The notes beneath the pieces were generated by a model. That model did no database searches, was not told the DNA's origin, and saw nothing but the letters and a program-made list of their open reading frames with translations. Made by a program: the position numbers and the translations under genes. This document shows positions 20,559 through 29,613 of a DNA stretch of 64,000 bases, piece after piece. Numbering within the stretch: position 1 is the first letter of the stretch; every line of letters starts with the position of its first letter. Origin of the DNA: Armatimonadota bacterium (GTDB taxonomy: Bacteria; Armatimonadota; HRBIN16); assembly GCA_963677485.1 (NCBI GenBank), contig OY781964.1, positions 4,352,001 to 4,416,000 on the forward strand, given 5' to 3'.

Positions 20559-22226
20559 TTAGTAACTGCTGGAGCGTTTGGCACTGCTTCGCTGTCCACC
20601 GAAGCCGCTAGAGGCGCGGGCAGACTTTGTGGTGACCCCAGACCGGGCGTATCCCTTGGATTGCACGCGGTCAGGCGTAGCCTTATACTGCGAGGCAGGG
20701 CTTGGCGTATAGTCTTCTTTATAGGCTGAAGGACTGTCGTAGTCGAAACCCTCTAGTTTCTGCCGTTTCAAGCGAGTGCCAAGTGCGCGTTCGATGGTAG
20801 CCACCATTGCATTGTCCGCCGGAGTGACCAGCGTGATGGCATCGCCTTCGCGTTCCATGCGTCCGGTGCGTCCCACACGGTGGATGTAGGCATCTGCCGT
20901 GTCGGGGATATCAAAGTTCATCACGTGTGAGATCGTGGCAACATCCAGCCCACGGGCCGCGATGTCAGTCGCTACCAGGATAGAGCATCTGCCCTGCTTG
21001 AAGTCGTCAAGGGCGTGCTGTCGTTGTATCTGCGATCTGTCAGAGTGCAGCTCAGCCGTTCCATATCCCGCATTGCGGATTTGCGCAGCCAGTTTGCTGG
21101 CTCGGTGCCTCGTGCGGGTGAATATCAACACGGAGTTGGTATCCGTCTCCTTCAGCATCCGCAGCAGCATACTTGTCTTCAGGTGCTGAGGGCAAGGGTA
21201 GAGCGCGTGTGAGATGGTCTTGGGAGGCGCTTGCAGGCTGATGTCAATCCTCTGTGGATCCGTCAGGGTGCTGTTGGCAAGCTTGGTTAGCTCTGGTGCA
21301 AAAGTGGCTGAAAACAACATGCCTTGTCGTTGTTCAGGCATACTGGCCAATATCTGCTTAATTCCGGGCAGGAAGCCCATGTCCAGCATGCGGTCGGCTT
21401 CATCCAATACCACCATATCGACCTGTGCGAAGTTGGTGTTCCGGCGCTCCATGTGGTCCATCAAACGGCCAGGGCAGGCGATGATGATCTCAGTGCCGCC
21501 GTGTAAGGCGAGTATCTGCGGTCTCATGCCAACACCACCGTAGACCGTTGCCGAACGGAGTTTGGTATGACGGCTTAGCTGTTTCACGATGCCGTTGATC
21601 TGCTCCGCCAGCTCACGCGTGGGTGTCAGGATGATGGCGCGTGTGCCATGCCTTGAGACCGGGTTAGCCAGCAGATGCTGAATAATAGGGATCACAAAAG
21701 CTGCGGTCTTCCCGGTACCGGTCTGAGCGGTGCCGATGAGGTCATGTCCAGCTAAAGCGATGGGTATTGTGGCGGCTTGCACCGGCGTGGGCGTTTCGTA
21801 GCCTGCGTCCTGTATGCCCCGTAGAAGCTGTTCATCAAGGGCCATGCTGGAAAACAGCACACCATCCTTGTGCTCGGTCACAGTGATCGGCTTTACTTCT
21901 GTCTTTGGCGTTTTAACATATTTCACAACCGGCGTGCGGTCGGGTGCAAGCTGGTTTTTAAAGCAGTCGGCGCATAAAATCGGCGTGTTGCCTCTAGGCC
22001 GGGTTCGTAATCGGGCCTCTTTGCCGCATTTGGAGCAGGGGGCTTTGAAAATCTCAACCGCGCCAGTCCGTTTGTTGGGTCTTTTGGTTATCTGTAGTTC
22101 ATGACATTTCGGGCATTGGTTGGGGAAGGGGAGGTTAAGTTCTTCAAACTCTTCTTGCAATTTCGCGCTGAAGGGGAATTCGTTGTGGCAATCTCGGCAC
22201 ACGTACGTACGGTCCTGATATCTCAA
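20559..22226 (-). CDS. DEAD-box RNA helicase (RhlE-like) with two N-terminal zinc-ribbon domains
   Basis: Q motif, AQTGTGKT, PTRELA, DEAD, SAT, ARGLD, HRVGRTGR. N-terminus has CRDC..CPKC and CSKC-x17-CADC. TTG start at 22226 follows AGGAG. Confidence 0.93.
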   Translation of the reverse strand: MRYQDRTYVCRDCHNEFPFSAKLQEEFEELNLPFPNQCPKCHELQITKRPNKRTGAVEIFKAPCSKCGKEARLRTRPRGNTPILCADCFKNQLAPDRTPVVKYVKTPKTEVKPITVTEHKDGVLFSSMALDEQLLRGIQDAGYETPTPVQAATIPIALAGHDLIGTAQTGTGKTAAFVIPIIQHLLANPVSRHGTRAIILTPTRELAEQINGIVKQLSRHTKLRSATVYGGVGMRPQILALHGGTEIIIACPGRLMDHMERRNTNFAQVDMVVLDEADRMLDMGFLPGIKQILASMPEQRQGMLFSATFAPELTKLANSTLTDPQRIDISLQAPPKTISHALYPCPQHLKTSMLLRMLKETDTNSVLIFTRTRHRASKLAAQIRNAGYGTAELHSDRSQIQRQHALDDFKQGRCSILVATDIAARGLDVATISHVMNFDIPDTADAYIHRVGRTGRMEREGDAITLVTPADNAMVATIERALGTRLKRQKLEGFDYDSPSAYKEDYTPSPASQYKATPDRVQSKGYARSGVTTKSARASSGFGGQRSSAKRSSSY

Positions 22227-22411
22227 TATGTGAAGCTCCTGGTTTTGGAATATTGCGTCCGACGCCTGAAGCCAGTAAGTCAGCACTGGAAATGCTTATT
22301 GACGAACCATGCCATTGCCCAAACAGCGTAACAATCCAACTATATTGTATCACATAATGGGAAATATGTACACTTTGACTGAGACTAAAAAGAGATGTCT
22401 GTCACAATGTG

Positions 22412-23752
22412 CTACCGTTTGATGCTCAGGGCAATATCATCCACATATTCTGGTGATTGAAGCTGCATACGCCCGCCAGGATGAGCCAGCGTTTGGATGC
22501 GCTCGGACTTGCCGGTGAGGGTGTTCACCCAGTTGATGCGATACCTCGCCTTGGGCAGATCGACCACGATGGTGACCTGCTTTCCTCCGCGGATGTATGT
22601 GGCATACTGTCGTCCTGGCTCCGCTAATGTCCGCGCGGTAATGCCAGTAGGAGAATCCAGGATGGAGACGCTGTTGTCTGGCGCCATCTTGATGAAGTTC
22701 AAGCCCTCGATGAACCTCTTCAACGCAGCCAGGGAGTTACGCAGCGGACGCCCGCCTGATCCAGGGGTGGGTGGTTCCACCTTAGCCGTGCCATCGGGAG
22801 CCGAAACGGTGAATGTGTAGTCCAGGTTGTTGTAGAGAGCCCCGCCAGCCATGATGAAGTCCCAGCCGTCTTGGCGGTAGACCTTATCACCCTGTCCTTT
22901 AAAGCCGGTTTCGTCGCAGCCTATCACGCCCTTGAACGAGCTATTCGCATTCACTGCGGTGGGAGGGTAGGCGTAATGGAAGTACAGTATCGAGATATTG
23001 GGGTCGGGGTCTTTCACCTTAGCGGATCCATTGGCGATGTTCTGAGCTATCAAGTGCCGGACCGGTGTGCTGCGCTCTGTGTCGGCGATGACCGCTGCGA
23101 TATGCTTCTGCCACTCCAACGTGACTCCGCCAAAGTAGGGCTCGTTGCATATCTCGTAGAACAGGTTCTCGTAGTTTCGCAATTCTGTGACAATCTTGCG
23201 TGTCATTGCTTCCTGAAGCTTTGTGAGGTCTTGGTGCATCAACGAATGCACCTCGTGAGCTGTGGCTGTGCCCACTCCGTTGATGTTGTTATCGGCTTTC
23301 ATGGGACTGAGGTTCCACATGGTGTCTTTATAAAACGGGCAGAACAGTGCGATCTCAACAAATACGCCTCGCCGTCCGGCCTCTTTCATGAAGGAGTGAA
23401 GGCGTGCAAAGTAGGCCTCATCCCAGCGGTTCAAGTCGAACTTATTACCACCACCGGCGTAACCAGGTTCAGCACTGCGGGCCCATGGGCAAATCAGCTT
23501 ACCTTTGGCGGGGGCTAGCGTGTTGTTTCGAATCTTGAAATCGCCAGCCACCTCGCAGTATGCACCGGTAAAAATACGGGTATAGTTCAGTCCGTTGCGC
23601 TTGAGCTCGTCCATATATGGCCTGTATGGGAAGTCCAGATTCAACAAAGCGCCATAATGCTCTGCGGATGTGATCAGAACCGTGGGTTTACCTCGATGAG
23701 CAAAATAGCGTGGATTGACCGGGTGAAGGGATATCGGACGAAGTGTGGCCAT
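22412..23752 (-). CDS. Clan GH-A / GH5-like protein with C-terminal beta-sandwich (paralog 1)
   Basis: YEICNEPY (acid/base-like) and IGCDETGF (nucleophile-like). No signal peptide. AGGAG SD. Confidence 0.7.
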   Translation of the reverse strand: MATLRPISLHPVNPRYFAHRGKPTVLITSAEHYGALLNLDFPYRPYMDELKRNGLNYTRIFTGAYCEVAGDFKIRNNTLAPAKGKLICPWARSAEPGYAGGGNKFDLNRWDEAYFARLHSFMKEAGRRGVFVEIALFCPFYKDTMWNLSPMKADNNINGVGTATAHEVHSLMHQDLTKLQEAMTRKIVTELRNYENLFYEICNEPYFGGVTLEWQKHIAAVIADTERSTPVRHLIAQNIANGSAKVKDPDPNISILYFHYAYPPTAVNANSSFKGVIGCDETGFKGQGDKVYRQDGWDFIMAGGALYNNLDYTFTVSAPDGTAKVEPPTPGSGGRPLRNSLAALKRFIEGLNFIKMAPDNSVSILDSPTGITARTLAEPGRQYATYIRGGKQVTIVVDLPKARYRINWVNTLTGKSERIQTLAHPGGRMQLQSPEYVDDIALSIKR

Positions 23753-23813
23753 TATCGCATTCTCCTGTGGGTTGGATGTGCATTATGCCGGCTAATGGGT
23801 ACCGTGGTATGTT

Positions 23814-23889
23814 TGGTGGAGCAAGCGGGGCTCGAACCCGCGACCTCTACAATGCGAATGTAGCGCTCTCCCAGCTGAGCTACTGCCCC
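23814..23889 (-). tRNA. tRNA-Ala(CGC)
   Basis: GGGGCAGTAGCTCAGCTGGGAGAGCG-CTACA-TTCGCAT-TGTAG-AGGTCGCGGGTTCGAGCCCCGCTTGCTCCACCA. 76 nt, G3:U70 pair, encoded CCA. Confidence 0.97.
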
Positions 23890-23903
23890 AGATAACCATC
23901 GAT

Positions 23904-23932
23904 AGTATATCTATGAGCACGGATTTTGTCAA
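23904..23932 (-). promoter_or_regulatory. Sigma70 promoter of tRNA-Ala
   Basis: Minus strand TTGACA-N17-TATACT. Confidence 0.85.
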
Positions 23933-23970
23933 ATGGACTTCCTGCAACAACACTCCAGGGACTGGAAGGT

Positions 23971-24008
23971 GGCATGAAGTAGCGACCTCAGCGGCGCTAC
24001 TTTATGCC
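23971..24008 (-). terminator. Hairpin downstream of GH5-like paralog 2
   Basis: GGCATGAAGTAGCG/CGCTACTTTATGCC stem just past the stop codon. U-tract is weak. Confidence 0.5.
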
Positions 24009-24018
24009 TGCCATGATG

Positions 24019-25359
24019 TTATCGCCGGATGCTAAGTGCAATGTCATCCGCGTATGCAGGAGATGAGAACTCAGCATTTCCGCCAGTGTGGTTCACCGTC
24101 AGGGTGCGGATCGATTGACCTGTAAGGGGACTGACCCAGGTCAGTTTGTATCTACCCTTGGGCAGATCAGTGGCAAGGGTGACCTGTTTGCCGCCGCGAA
24201 CGTAGATGGCATATTGCCGCCCTGGTTCTGACAATGTCCGGGCCGTGATGCCTGATGGTGACCCAAGGACTGTAACGCTGGAATCTGGAGCCATCTTTAC
24301 TAACGTAAAACCGTCGATAAATCTCTTCAATGCGGACAATGCGTTTCGCAGCCTTCTCCCGCCTGATCCCGGTGTGGGATGTTCGACTTTCGCAGTGCCA
24401 TCCGGTGTCGATACAGTAAACGAGTAGTCCAGGTTGTTATAGAGGGCACCACCAGCCATGATGAAGTCCCACCCATCATACCGGTAAACCTTGTCGTCTT
24501 GACCCTGGAATCCGGTCTCATCGCAGCCGATCACTCCCTTGAACCTGTTGTTCTCCTCAACTGCGGTAGGGGGATATGCGTAATGGAAGTTGAGTATTGA
24601 GATATTGGGATCAGGGTTCTCTACCTTCTCCGATCCATTGGCAATATTCTGGGCAATGAGGTGCTTTCTGGGATAACTGCGTTCAGCGTCTGTGATGACT
24701 GACGCAATATGCTTCTGCCAATCCAGCGTCACACCGCCGAAGTACGGCTCATTGCAGATTTCGTAAATCAGATTGTCGTGGTTGCGCAGTTCGGTGACGA
24801 TCTTTCGCGTCATTTCCTCCTGGCGGTGTGTCAAGTCGGCGTGTTTCAAGGTATGAACCTCATGTGCAGTCGCCTTGCCTACGCCGTTGGTGTTGTTCAC
24901 CGAGTTCAGGGGACTGAGCTTCCAAGAATCGTCTTCATAATATGGGCAGAACAGGCTGATCTCAACCACGATGCCACGCACACCGGCTTCCTTGATAAAG
25001 GTGTTCAGTCGACTAAAATAGGCGTTATCCCAATGATTGAGGTCGAACTTGTTTCCGCCATTAGCATACCCAGACTGAGTGCTGCGTGACCATGGGCATA
25101 TCAGTTTGTCAGCGGCGGGAGCTAAAGTGTTATCGCGTATGCCAAAAGCTCCATGCACTTCACAATACACCCCGGTAAAGATACGGGTGTAGTTGAGCCC
25201 ATTTCGCTTCAATTCGTCTAGATAAGGCTTAAAGGGAAAATCCAGGTTTAAAACTGCCCCATAGTGTTCGGCTGAGGTAACAAGCACCGTTGGTTTGCCC
25301 CGAAACATAAAGTATCGGTGATTTGCCGGGTGAAGTGATATAGGGATATGCGTTGCCAA
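24019..25359 (-). CDS. Clan GH-A / GH5-like protein (paralog 2)
   Basis: Same length (446 aa) and same motifs as 22412..23752. TTG start after AGGAG. Confidence 0.7.
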   Translation of the reverse strand: MATHIPISLHPANHRYFMFRGKPTVLVTSAEHYGAVLNLDFPFKPYLDELKRNGLNYTRIFTGVYCEVHGAFGIRDNTLAPAADKLICPWSRSTQSGYANGGNKFDLNHWDNAYFSRLNTFIKEAGVRGIVVEISLFCPYYEDDSWKLSPLNSVNNTNGVGKATAHEVHTLKHADLTHRQEEMTRKIVTELRNHDNLIYEICNEPYFGGVTLDWQKHIASVITDAERSYPRKHLIAQNIANGSEKVENPDPNISILNFHYAYPPTAVEENNRFKGVIGCDETGFQGQDDKVYRYDGWDFIMAGGALYNNLDYSFTVSTPDGTAKVEHPTPGSGGRRLRNALSALKRFIDGFTLVKMAPDSSVTVLGSPSGITARTLSEPGRQYAIYVRGGKQVTLATDLPKGRYKLTWVSPLTGQSIRTLTVNHTGGNAEFSSPAYADDIALSIRR

Positions 25360-25466
25360 TACTAGATTCTCCTTGCGTGTATGTTTGTGTGAGATTTGTA
25401 TGCCAAACCATGGTGTGGCGGTGTCAGAGCATATTCTATCGGCTCAGACACCGCATCAGGATCAGT

Positions 25467-27302
25467 TTAGTTCTCAAAACTGTGCATTCGGCTGAGCCAG
25501 GGCTCGAAGTCTGCACCACCTTCTTGGATGTTGGTCATCTTGATTCTCCGTCCGATTCGCTCAAACTCGGCGAGTGCAGCGGAGAACTTCGGCTTGTCGG
25601 TGATCTTACCTGACTGTGCCATCTGGCAGACATCGGCGTAGAGCACCTGCAGTTTGGCCCCCTCCACGCGGTGGAGTGTCTCAGGATCACGAGCTAGTTT
25701 GGTAGCCCGATCGAAGCAGTCTTGCGCTTTGTTCATGAATGCGGCATCGAAGATGCCCATTGGGAACCGAATACCGCCAGCAGGGGTCTTCAACTTACCG
25801 GTATGCTCATTCTCCCAGGTATCCCACAATAGTTGCTCGTAGTCCCATATTGGATCGGCAGCCTTACCGTAGTAACCGTACACGAAGTCTTTCATCAGCG
25901 ACCTGGTGTCCAGTGTGGGATCCCAAAGCTGTTTGGCCCAAACCCAGCAGCGCATGAATCCATCGCCGGTTCCGGGTGTCTGGTAGTTGCCTTGCAGCAT
26001 CACGCCTTTTGCGTTGTGCTTCACGAAGAAGTCGATGTCCCAAGCCACTGTTTGCCAGTTGGGCATGGGTGAGGGGTAGTGGCTAAAGTTGCAGGTGTAG
26101 TCCCAGATGTTGATATCGGCGCCCATCTCTGCCCAGTCTTTCATGCGCTGTTGAAAAGTTGCGGTCTGGTCGATCGTCAGGAATGGCTCTGACCAAGCAT
26201 GACTGTCTGTGCAGAGCTGTATAGCCACATTCTTGTGCGGTCTGACCGTCTTGGGAGCCGATGCGGTGTCTAGATAGGCCAGCGTAGATATGCGCACTTT
26301 GGGATACTGTTTGCCCACGATATCCGCCACGGCGTTGACGAATTTCAATAAAGGGCCTGCCAGGCTGCCTTCAGCGGCGGCGTCGGCCCGACAGATGGCG
26401 CAGTCACAGCATGGCACCGAGTCATTTTGTGAAACGCTGATGATCTGCGCGTTGGGGTTTTTGCGCAGTATGCTGATCACGCTCTCAGCGGTCAACTTCA
26501 CCACATCTGGGTTACTCACGCAAAGCTGACCTGGGTCGCGTTGACCGTTGTGCTCCGAAAAATACTCGGGATGATCTTTGAAATACTTCTCAGGGGGCAG
26601 CAGTGTGCTGAAGGTATGCACAAACAGCGCATACTGCTTGTTACCGCCCCACTCCGTAGGCACTGAGGCATTTGATGAGTTCGTCCGGTTGCGCAGCGAC
26701 CATGTTCCGTCAAACGCCTCCCAGTAGTATGGGTCGCGAATCTCTAGCACTGGCACATAGCTGCGTTTGACTGGTCGGAATCGGAGAGTCGGTTTGCTGG
26801 GGATGGTCTGCGAGAATCGCGAATACCAGCGGCACCCGAGGTCTTCTTCCAGCAGCGCGTATACCGCGTTGATCGGTCCTCGGGTCTCTCCTCCGGTTAA
26901 GAACAGGTTGCCATCGACCACGTCGATCGCGTAACCCTCGTCTGAGAGATCGGCTTTCAGGTATTTCGATCCCGATCTCGCCAGCAGGTTCGTCTTTCCG
27001 ATGCTGATCAACTTGCCATCGGGCTTGATGTTGCCAAACTCATTTTGAATGGAGAAACTGGCACCGGTGATCTGCTTCAGCCACTGCGCCAGATCACCAG
27101 CCGCTTTTTGCTCCTGCGTTGATGGAGACGCCGGAAGCAAAATGGAGTAGAGCGCGGTACCGGTTCTCGCGAGAACCACTTCAGGCCCAGGCGTTCCTTT
27201 GGGTTTCAAGGCGTTCTTCCATGCAGGTTTGGCTTGCGTCGAAATCCCTGCGAAAATGCTGCTCGATATGAGCACAAAAGACATGATGATCGCGTGCTTC
27301 AA
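25467..27302 (-). CDS. DUF4838-like secreted protein (GH67/GH115-like N-domain plus TIM-barrel)
   Basis: EGYAI...GGETRGPINAVYALLEEDLGCRWY, VHTFSTLLPPEKYFKDHPEYF, LCVSNP, SQNDSVPCCDCAIC, TLAY. TTG start after AGGAG. Confidence 0.8.
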   Translation of the reverse strand: MKHAIIMSFVLISSSIFAGISTQAKPAWKNALKPKGTPGPEVVLARTGTALYSILLPASPSTQEQKAAGDLAQWLKQITGASFSIQNEFGNIKPDGKLISIGKTNLLARSGSKYLKADLSDEGYAIDVVDGNLFLTGGETRGPINAVYALLEEDLGCRWYSRFSQTIPSKPTLRFRPVKRSYVPVLEIRDPYYWEAFDGTWSLRNRTNSSNASVPTEWGGNKQYALFVHTFSTLLPPEKYFKDHPEYFSEHNGQRDPGQLCVSNPDVVKLTAESVISILRKNPNAQIISVSQNDSVPCCDCAICRADAAAEGSLAGPLLKFVNAVADIVGKQYPKVRISTLAYLDTASAPKTVRPHKNVAIQLCTDSHAWSEPFLTIDQTATFQQRMKDWAEMGADINIWDYTCNFSHYPSPMPNWQTVAWDIDFFVKHNAKGVMLQGNYQTPGTGDGFMRCWVWAKQLWDPTLDTRSLMKDFVYGYYGKAADPIWDYEQLLWDTWENEHTGKLKTPAGGIRFPMGIFDAAFMNKAQDCFDRATKLARDPETLHRVEGAKLQVLYADVCQMAQSGKITDKPKFSAALAEFERIGRRIKMTNIQEGGADFEPWLSRMHSFEN

Positions 27303-27342
27303 TCCGATTTCTCCTATACTATCCGTTAACGAGTGATATGAC

Positions 27343-27380
27343 AAAGGCCGGAGCAAGTCAGTGCATTGCTTCGGCCTGTT
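27343..27380 (-). terminator. Intrinsic terminator after the aldolase gene
   Basis: AGGCCGGAGCAA/TTGCTTCGGCCT stem followed by TTTGT on the minus strand. Confidence 0.6.
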
Positions 27381-27394
27381 GGTTCGGGAATGTC

Positions 27395-28219
27395 TCAGAA
27401 GACGCTCTGGTTGATGTTAAACGCCGCACAGATGCGCTTCACATCCTCTGGCGCCAGGCCTTCGGCTTCGCCGCCAGCTTGGAGGTCCATAAACTCGTAT
27501 TTCGCGCCGATCTCGGCGTATTCAATGCGGTCACAGGCGCGCATGACAGATTGGTCGGACCGGGCCATCACGCCGTGTTTACCCCACAGAACGATGCGGT
27601 GGTCGCGAAGACCCTGTATGGTGGCGGCCATCAACTCGGCGGAACCGGGTATGGCGAACGGGATATGCCCCAGGCCTTCAGGCAGTTGCACGATCATCTC
27701 CGGCTGCCAGCGCAGTATCCGTTGATTCAGATAGCTGGTGTTCTGGTAGCGCTTGATGTGGCTGAGGTAGGTTAAGTGGACCGGCTGAGCGTGGATGACC
27801 GCGTGGAAGTTGGTGTTAGTGGCCAGAATCTGGTCGCGATGCACCGCCAGATGTGAGTTGAATTCGCTGGTGGGGTTGGCGAATAGCCGGCCAGGTGCCG
27901 AGAAAAGCGTGGCCGTGTTGCCGCCTTCATCAACCTGTATGAAGGCCAGGTTGGCGGGCGGGTTGTCTTTGATCTCGCGCAGACGGCGTCCGCTGCCGCT
28001 GACGATGAAGCATTTCCCGCTAAGCTCCGGGAACGCCTCAGGAAGAGTGATCTTCTCCTGCATCGGCATATGGCGTCTGGGGTCCAGAGGCCATCCGACA
28101 TAGACGCTGATGTTACCGGCGGCGCCTTCAGAGGCCTCAATTTCGGCCAAGCGGCGACCCGCCTCACCGATTAATACCATAATCTCGTTGAAATCTGGAT
28201 ATGGAGCTACTACAGCCAT
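27395..28219 (-). CDS. Class II aldolase, rhamnulose-1-phosphate aldolase (RhaD)-like
   Basis: EGAAGNIS, SGSG, PTSEFNSH, AVIHAQP and VLWGKHGV match the class II aldolase/RhaD pattern. ATG at 28219 follows AGGAG. Confidence 0.8.
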   Translation of the reverse strand: MAVVAPYPDFNEIMVLIGEAGRRLAEIEASEGAAGNISVYVGWPLDPRRHMPMQEKITLPEAFPELSGKCFIVSGSGRRLREIKDNPPANLAFIQVDEGGNTATLFSAPGRLFANPTSEFNSHLAVHRDQILATNTNFHAVIHAQPVHLTYLSHIKRYQNTSYLNQRILRWQPEMIVQLPEGLGHIPFAIPGSAELMAATIQGLRDHRIVLWGKHGVMARSDQSVMRACDRIEYAEIGAKYEFMDLQAGGEAEGLAPEDVKRICAAFNINQSVF

Positions 28220-28270
28220 TTGGTTACTCCTGTTGATTGGCGGCAATCCGCCATTTTGACTGAGTATACC

Positions 28271-28648
28271 CTATTTGATGGCGACCGCTTCGATCTCGAC
28301 CAGAGCACCTTTAGGCAATGCTGCCACTTGGACGGTGGAGCGTGCTGGAGGGTTGCTGGGGAAGTATTCGGCGTAGACCGCATTCACATTGGCGAACTCC
28401 GCCAGGTTGGTCATAAATATGGTGGTTTTGACGACGTGATCAAGACCTGCGCCCGCGGCTTTGAGCACAGCCTGCAGATTGGCGAGTACCTGGTTTGCCT
28501 GCTCGGTAGCAGTAGTGCCTACCATTTCGCCGGTGATTGGATCGAGAGGAATCTGTCCGCTGGTGTATATAGTGCCGTTCACCTCAACCGCTTGTGAGTA
28601 TGGACCTATGGCTGCGGGTGCTTGATCGGTGCTGACGATGTTCTTCAT
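28271..28648 (-). CDS. ridA: RidA/YjgF/YER057c enamine-imine deaminase
   Basis: APAAIGPYSQAV, SGQIPLDP, PPARSTVQVAALPKGALVEIEAVA. GGAGG SD before ATG 28648. Confidence 0.93.
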   Translation of the reverse strand: MKNIVSTDQAPAAIGPYSQAVEVNGTIYTSGQIPLDPITGEMVGTTATEQANQVLANLQAVLKAAGAGLDHVVKTTIFMTNLAEFANVNAVYAEYFPSNPPARSTVQVAALPKGALVEIEAVAIK

Positions 28649-28728
28649 GCTTGACCTCCATGATGTCGATAGTGCGTAACCATCTTCAGTGTAGCGCATC
28701 AAACCCGTTCAGTTGCTACAATATTACT

Positions 28729-29613
28729 ATGAGAGTTCGCTTTGGCGTCGTCGTGGTCAACTGGAACACCAGGGATTACCTCCGCAGCTGCTTGCAGAGC
28801 CTGCGTGAGCAGCAGGATGCACCTGCTTTTCAAGTGGTAGTGGTGGACAACGCCTCAGCCGACGGCAGCGCCGAAATGACCGAACAGGAGTTTCCTGAGG
28901 TGACTTTGCTGGCGGAGACCGCCAACCACGGCTACGCGAAAGGAAACAACCTCGGAACGGCTGCCTGTGACGCGGAGTGGCTGTTGCTATTGAACCCCGA
29001 TGTAAGGCTGGTAGGAGACGCATTACGGCAGCTCGAGGTCTTTATCAACGAACACCCCGATGCGGCGGCTGTAGGCGGCATGCTGATGAACCCCGACGGC
29101 TCTGCGCAGCATAGCGTGCGGGGTCTGCCCACATACGGCAGCCTTTTTCTTGAGACCACAGGACTGGCGAGATTGTGCAGTTGCTGGGACCGCTACTTCC
29201 TACGATGTTTCGACTATTCTGTGGCCCAAAAGGCCCAGCAACCGATGGGTGCGTTGCTCGCTTTGCACGCAGACAAGTTTGTTCAAATGGGCATGTTTAA
29301 CGAGCGGTATCCCATCTTCTTCAATGATGTTCAGTTATGCCGTGATCTGCTGCGTTTGGGCGAAAGCATCTATTACACGCCATCCGTGCGGGGATACCAC
29401 GAGGGTGGGGCTGGCACCCGCCAGGTGAAGCCCAAGATGATCGTGGAGTCTCACCGGTCGCTGATCGACTATCTGCGGAATGGCCGCGATGGGCACTTTA
29501 GTCTGGCTGAGAATCTCAGCGAGCTGATGATACGGCTAAGCTGCTACGCCAAAACTAGGGTTTGGCTGACAGAGGGTGAGCAACGTATACATAAAGGGGG
29601 CACCGGCTCATAG
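28729..29613 (+). CDS. Glycosyltransferase family 2 (WbbL/rhamnosyltransferase-like)
   Basis: VVVVNWN, VVVDNASADGS, NHGYAKGNN, LLLNPD, FNERYPIFFNDV. Confidence 0.9.
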   Translation: MRVRFGVVVVNWNTRDYLRSCLQSLREQQDAPAFQVVVVDNASADGSAEMTEQEFPEVTLLAETANHGYAKGNNLGTAACDAEWLLLLNPDVRLVGDALRQLEVFINEHPDAAAVGGMLMNPDGSAQHSVRGLPTYGSLFLETTGLARLCSCWDRYFLRCFDYSVAQKAQQPMGALLALHADKFVQMGMFNERYPIFFNDVQLCRDLLRLGESIYYTPSVRGYHEGGAGTRQVKPKMIVESHRSLIDYLRNGRDGHFSLAENLSELMIRLSCYAKTRVWLTEGEQRIHKGGTGS

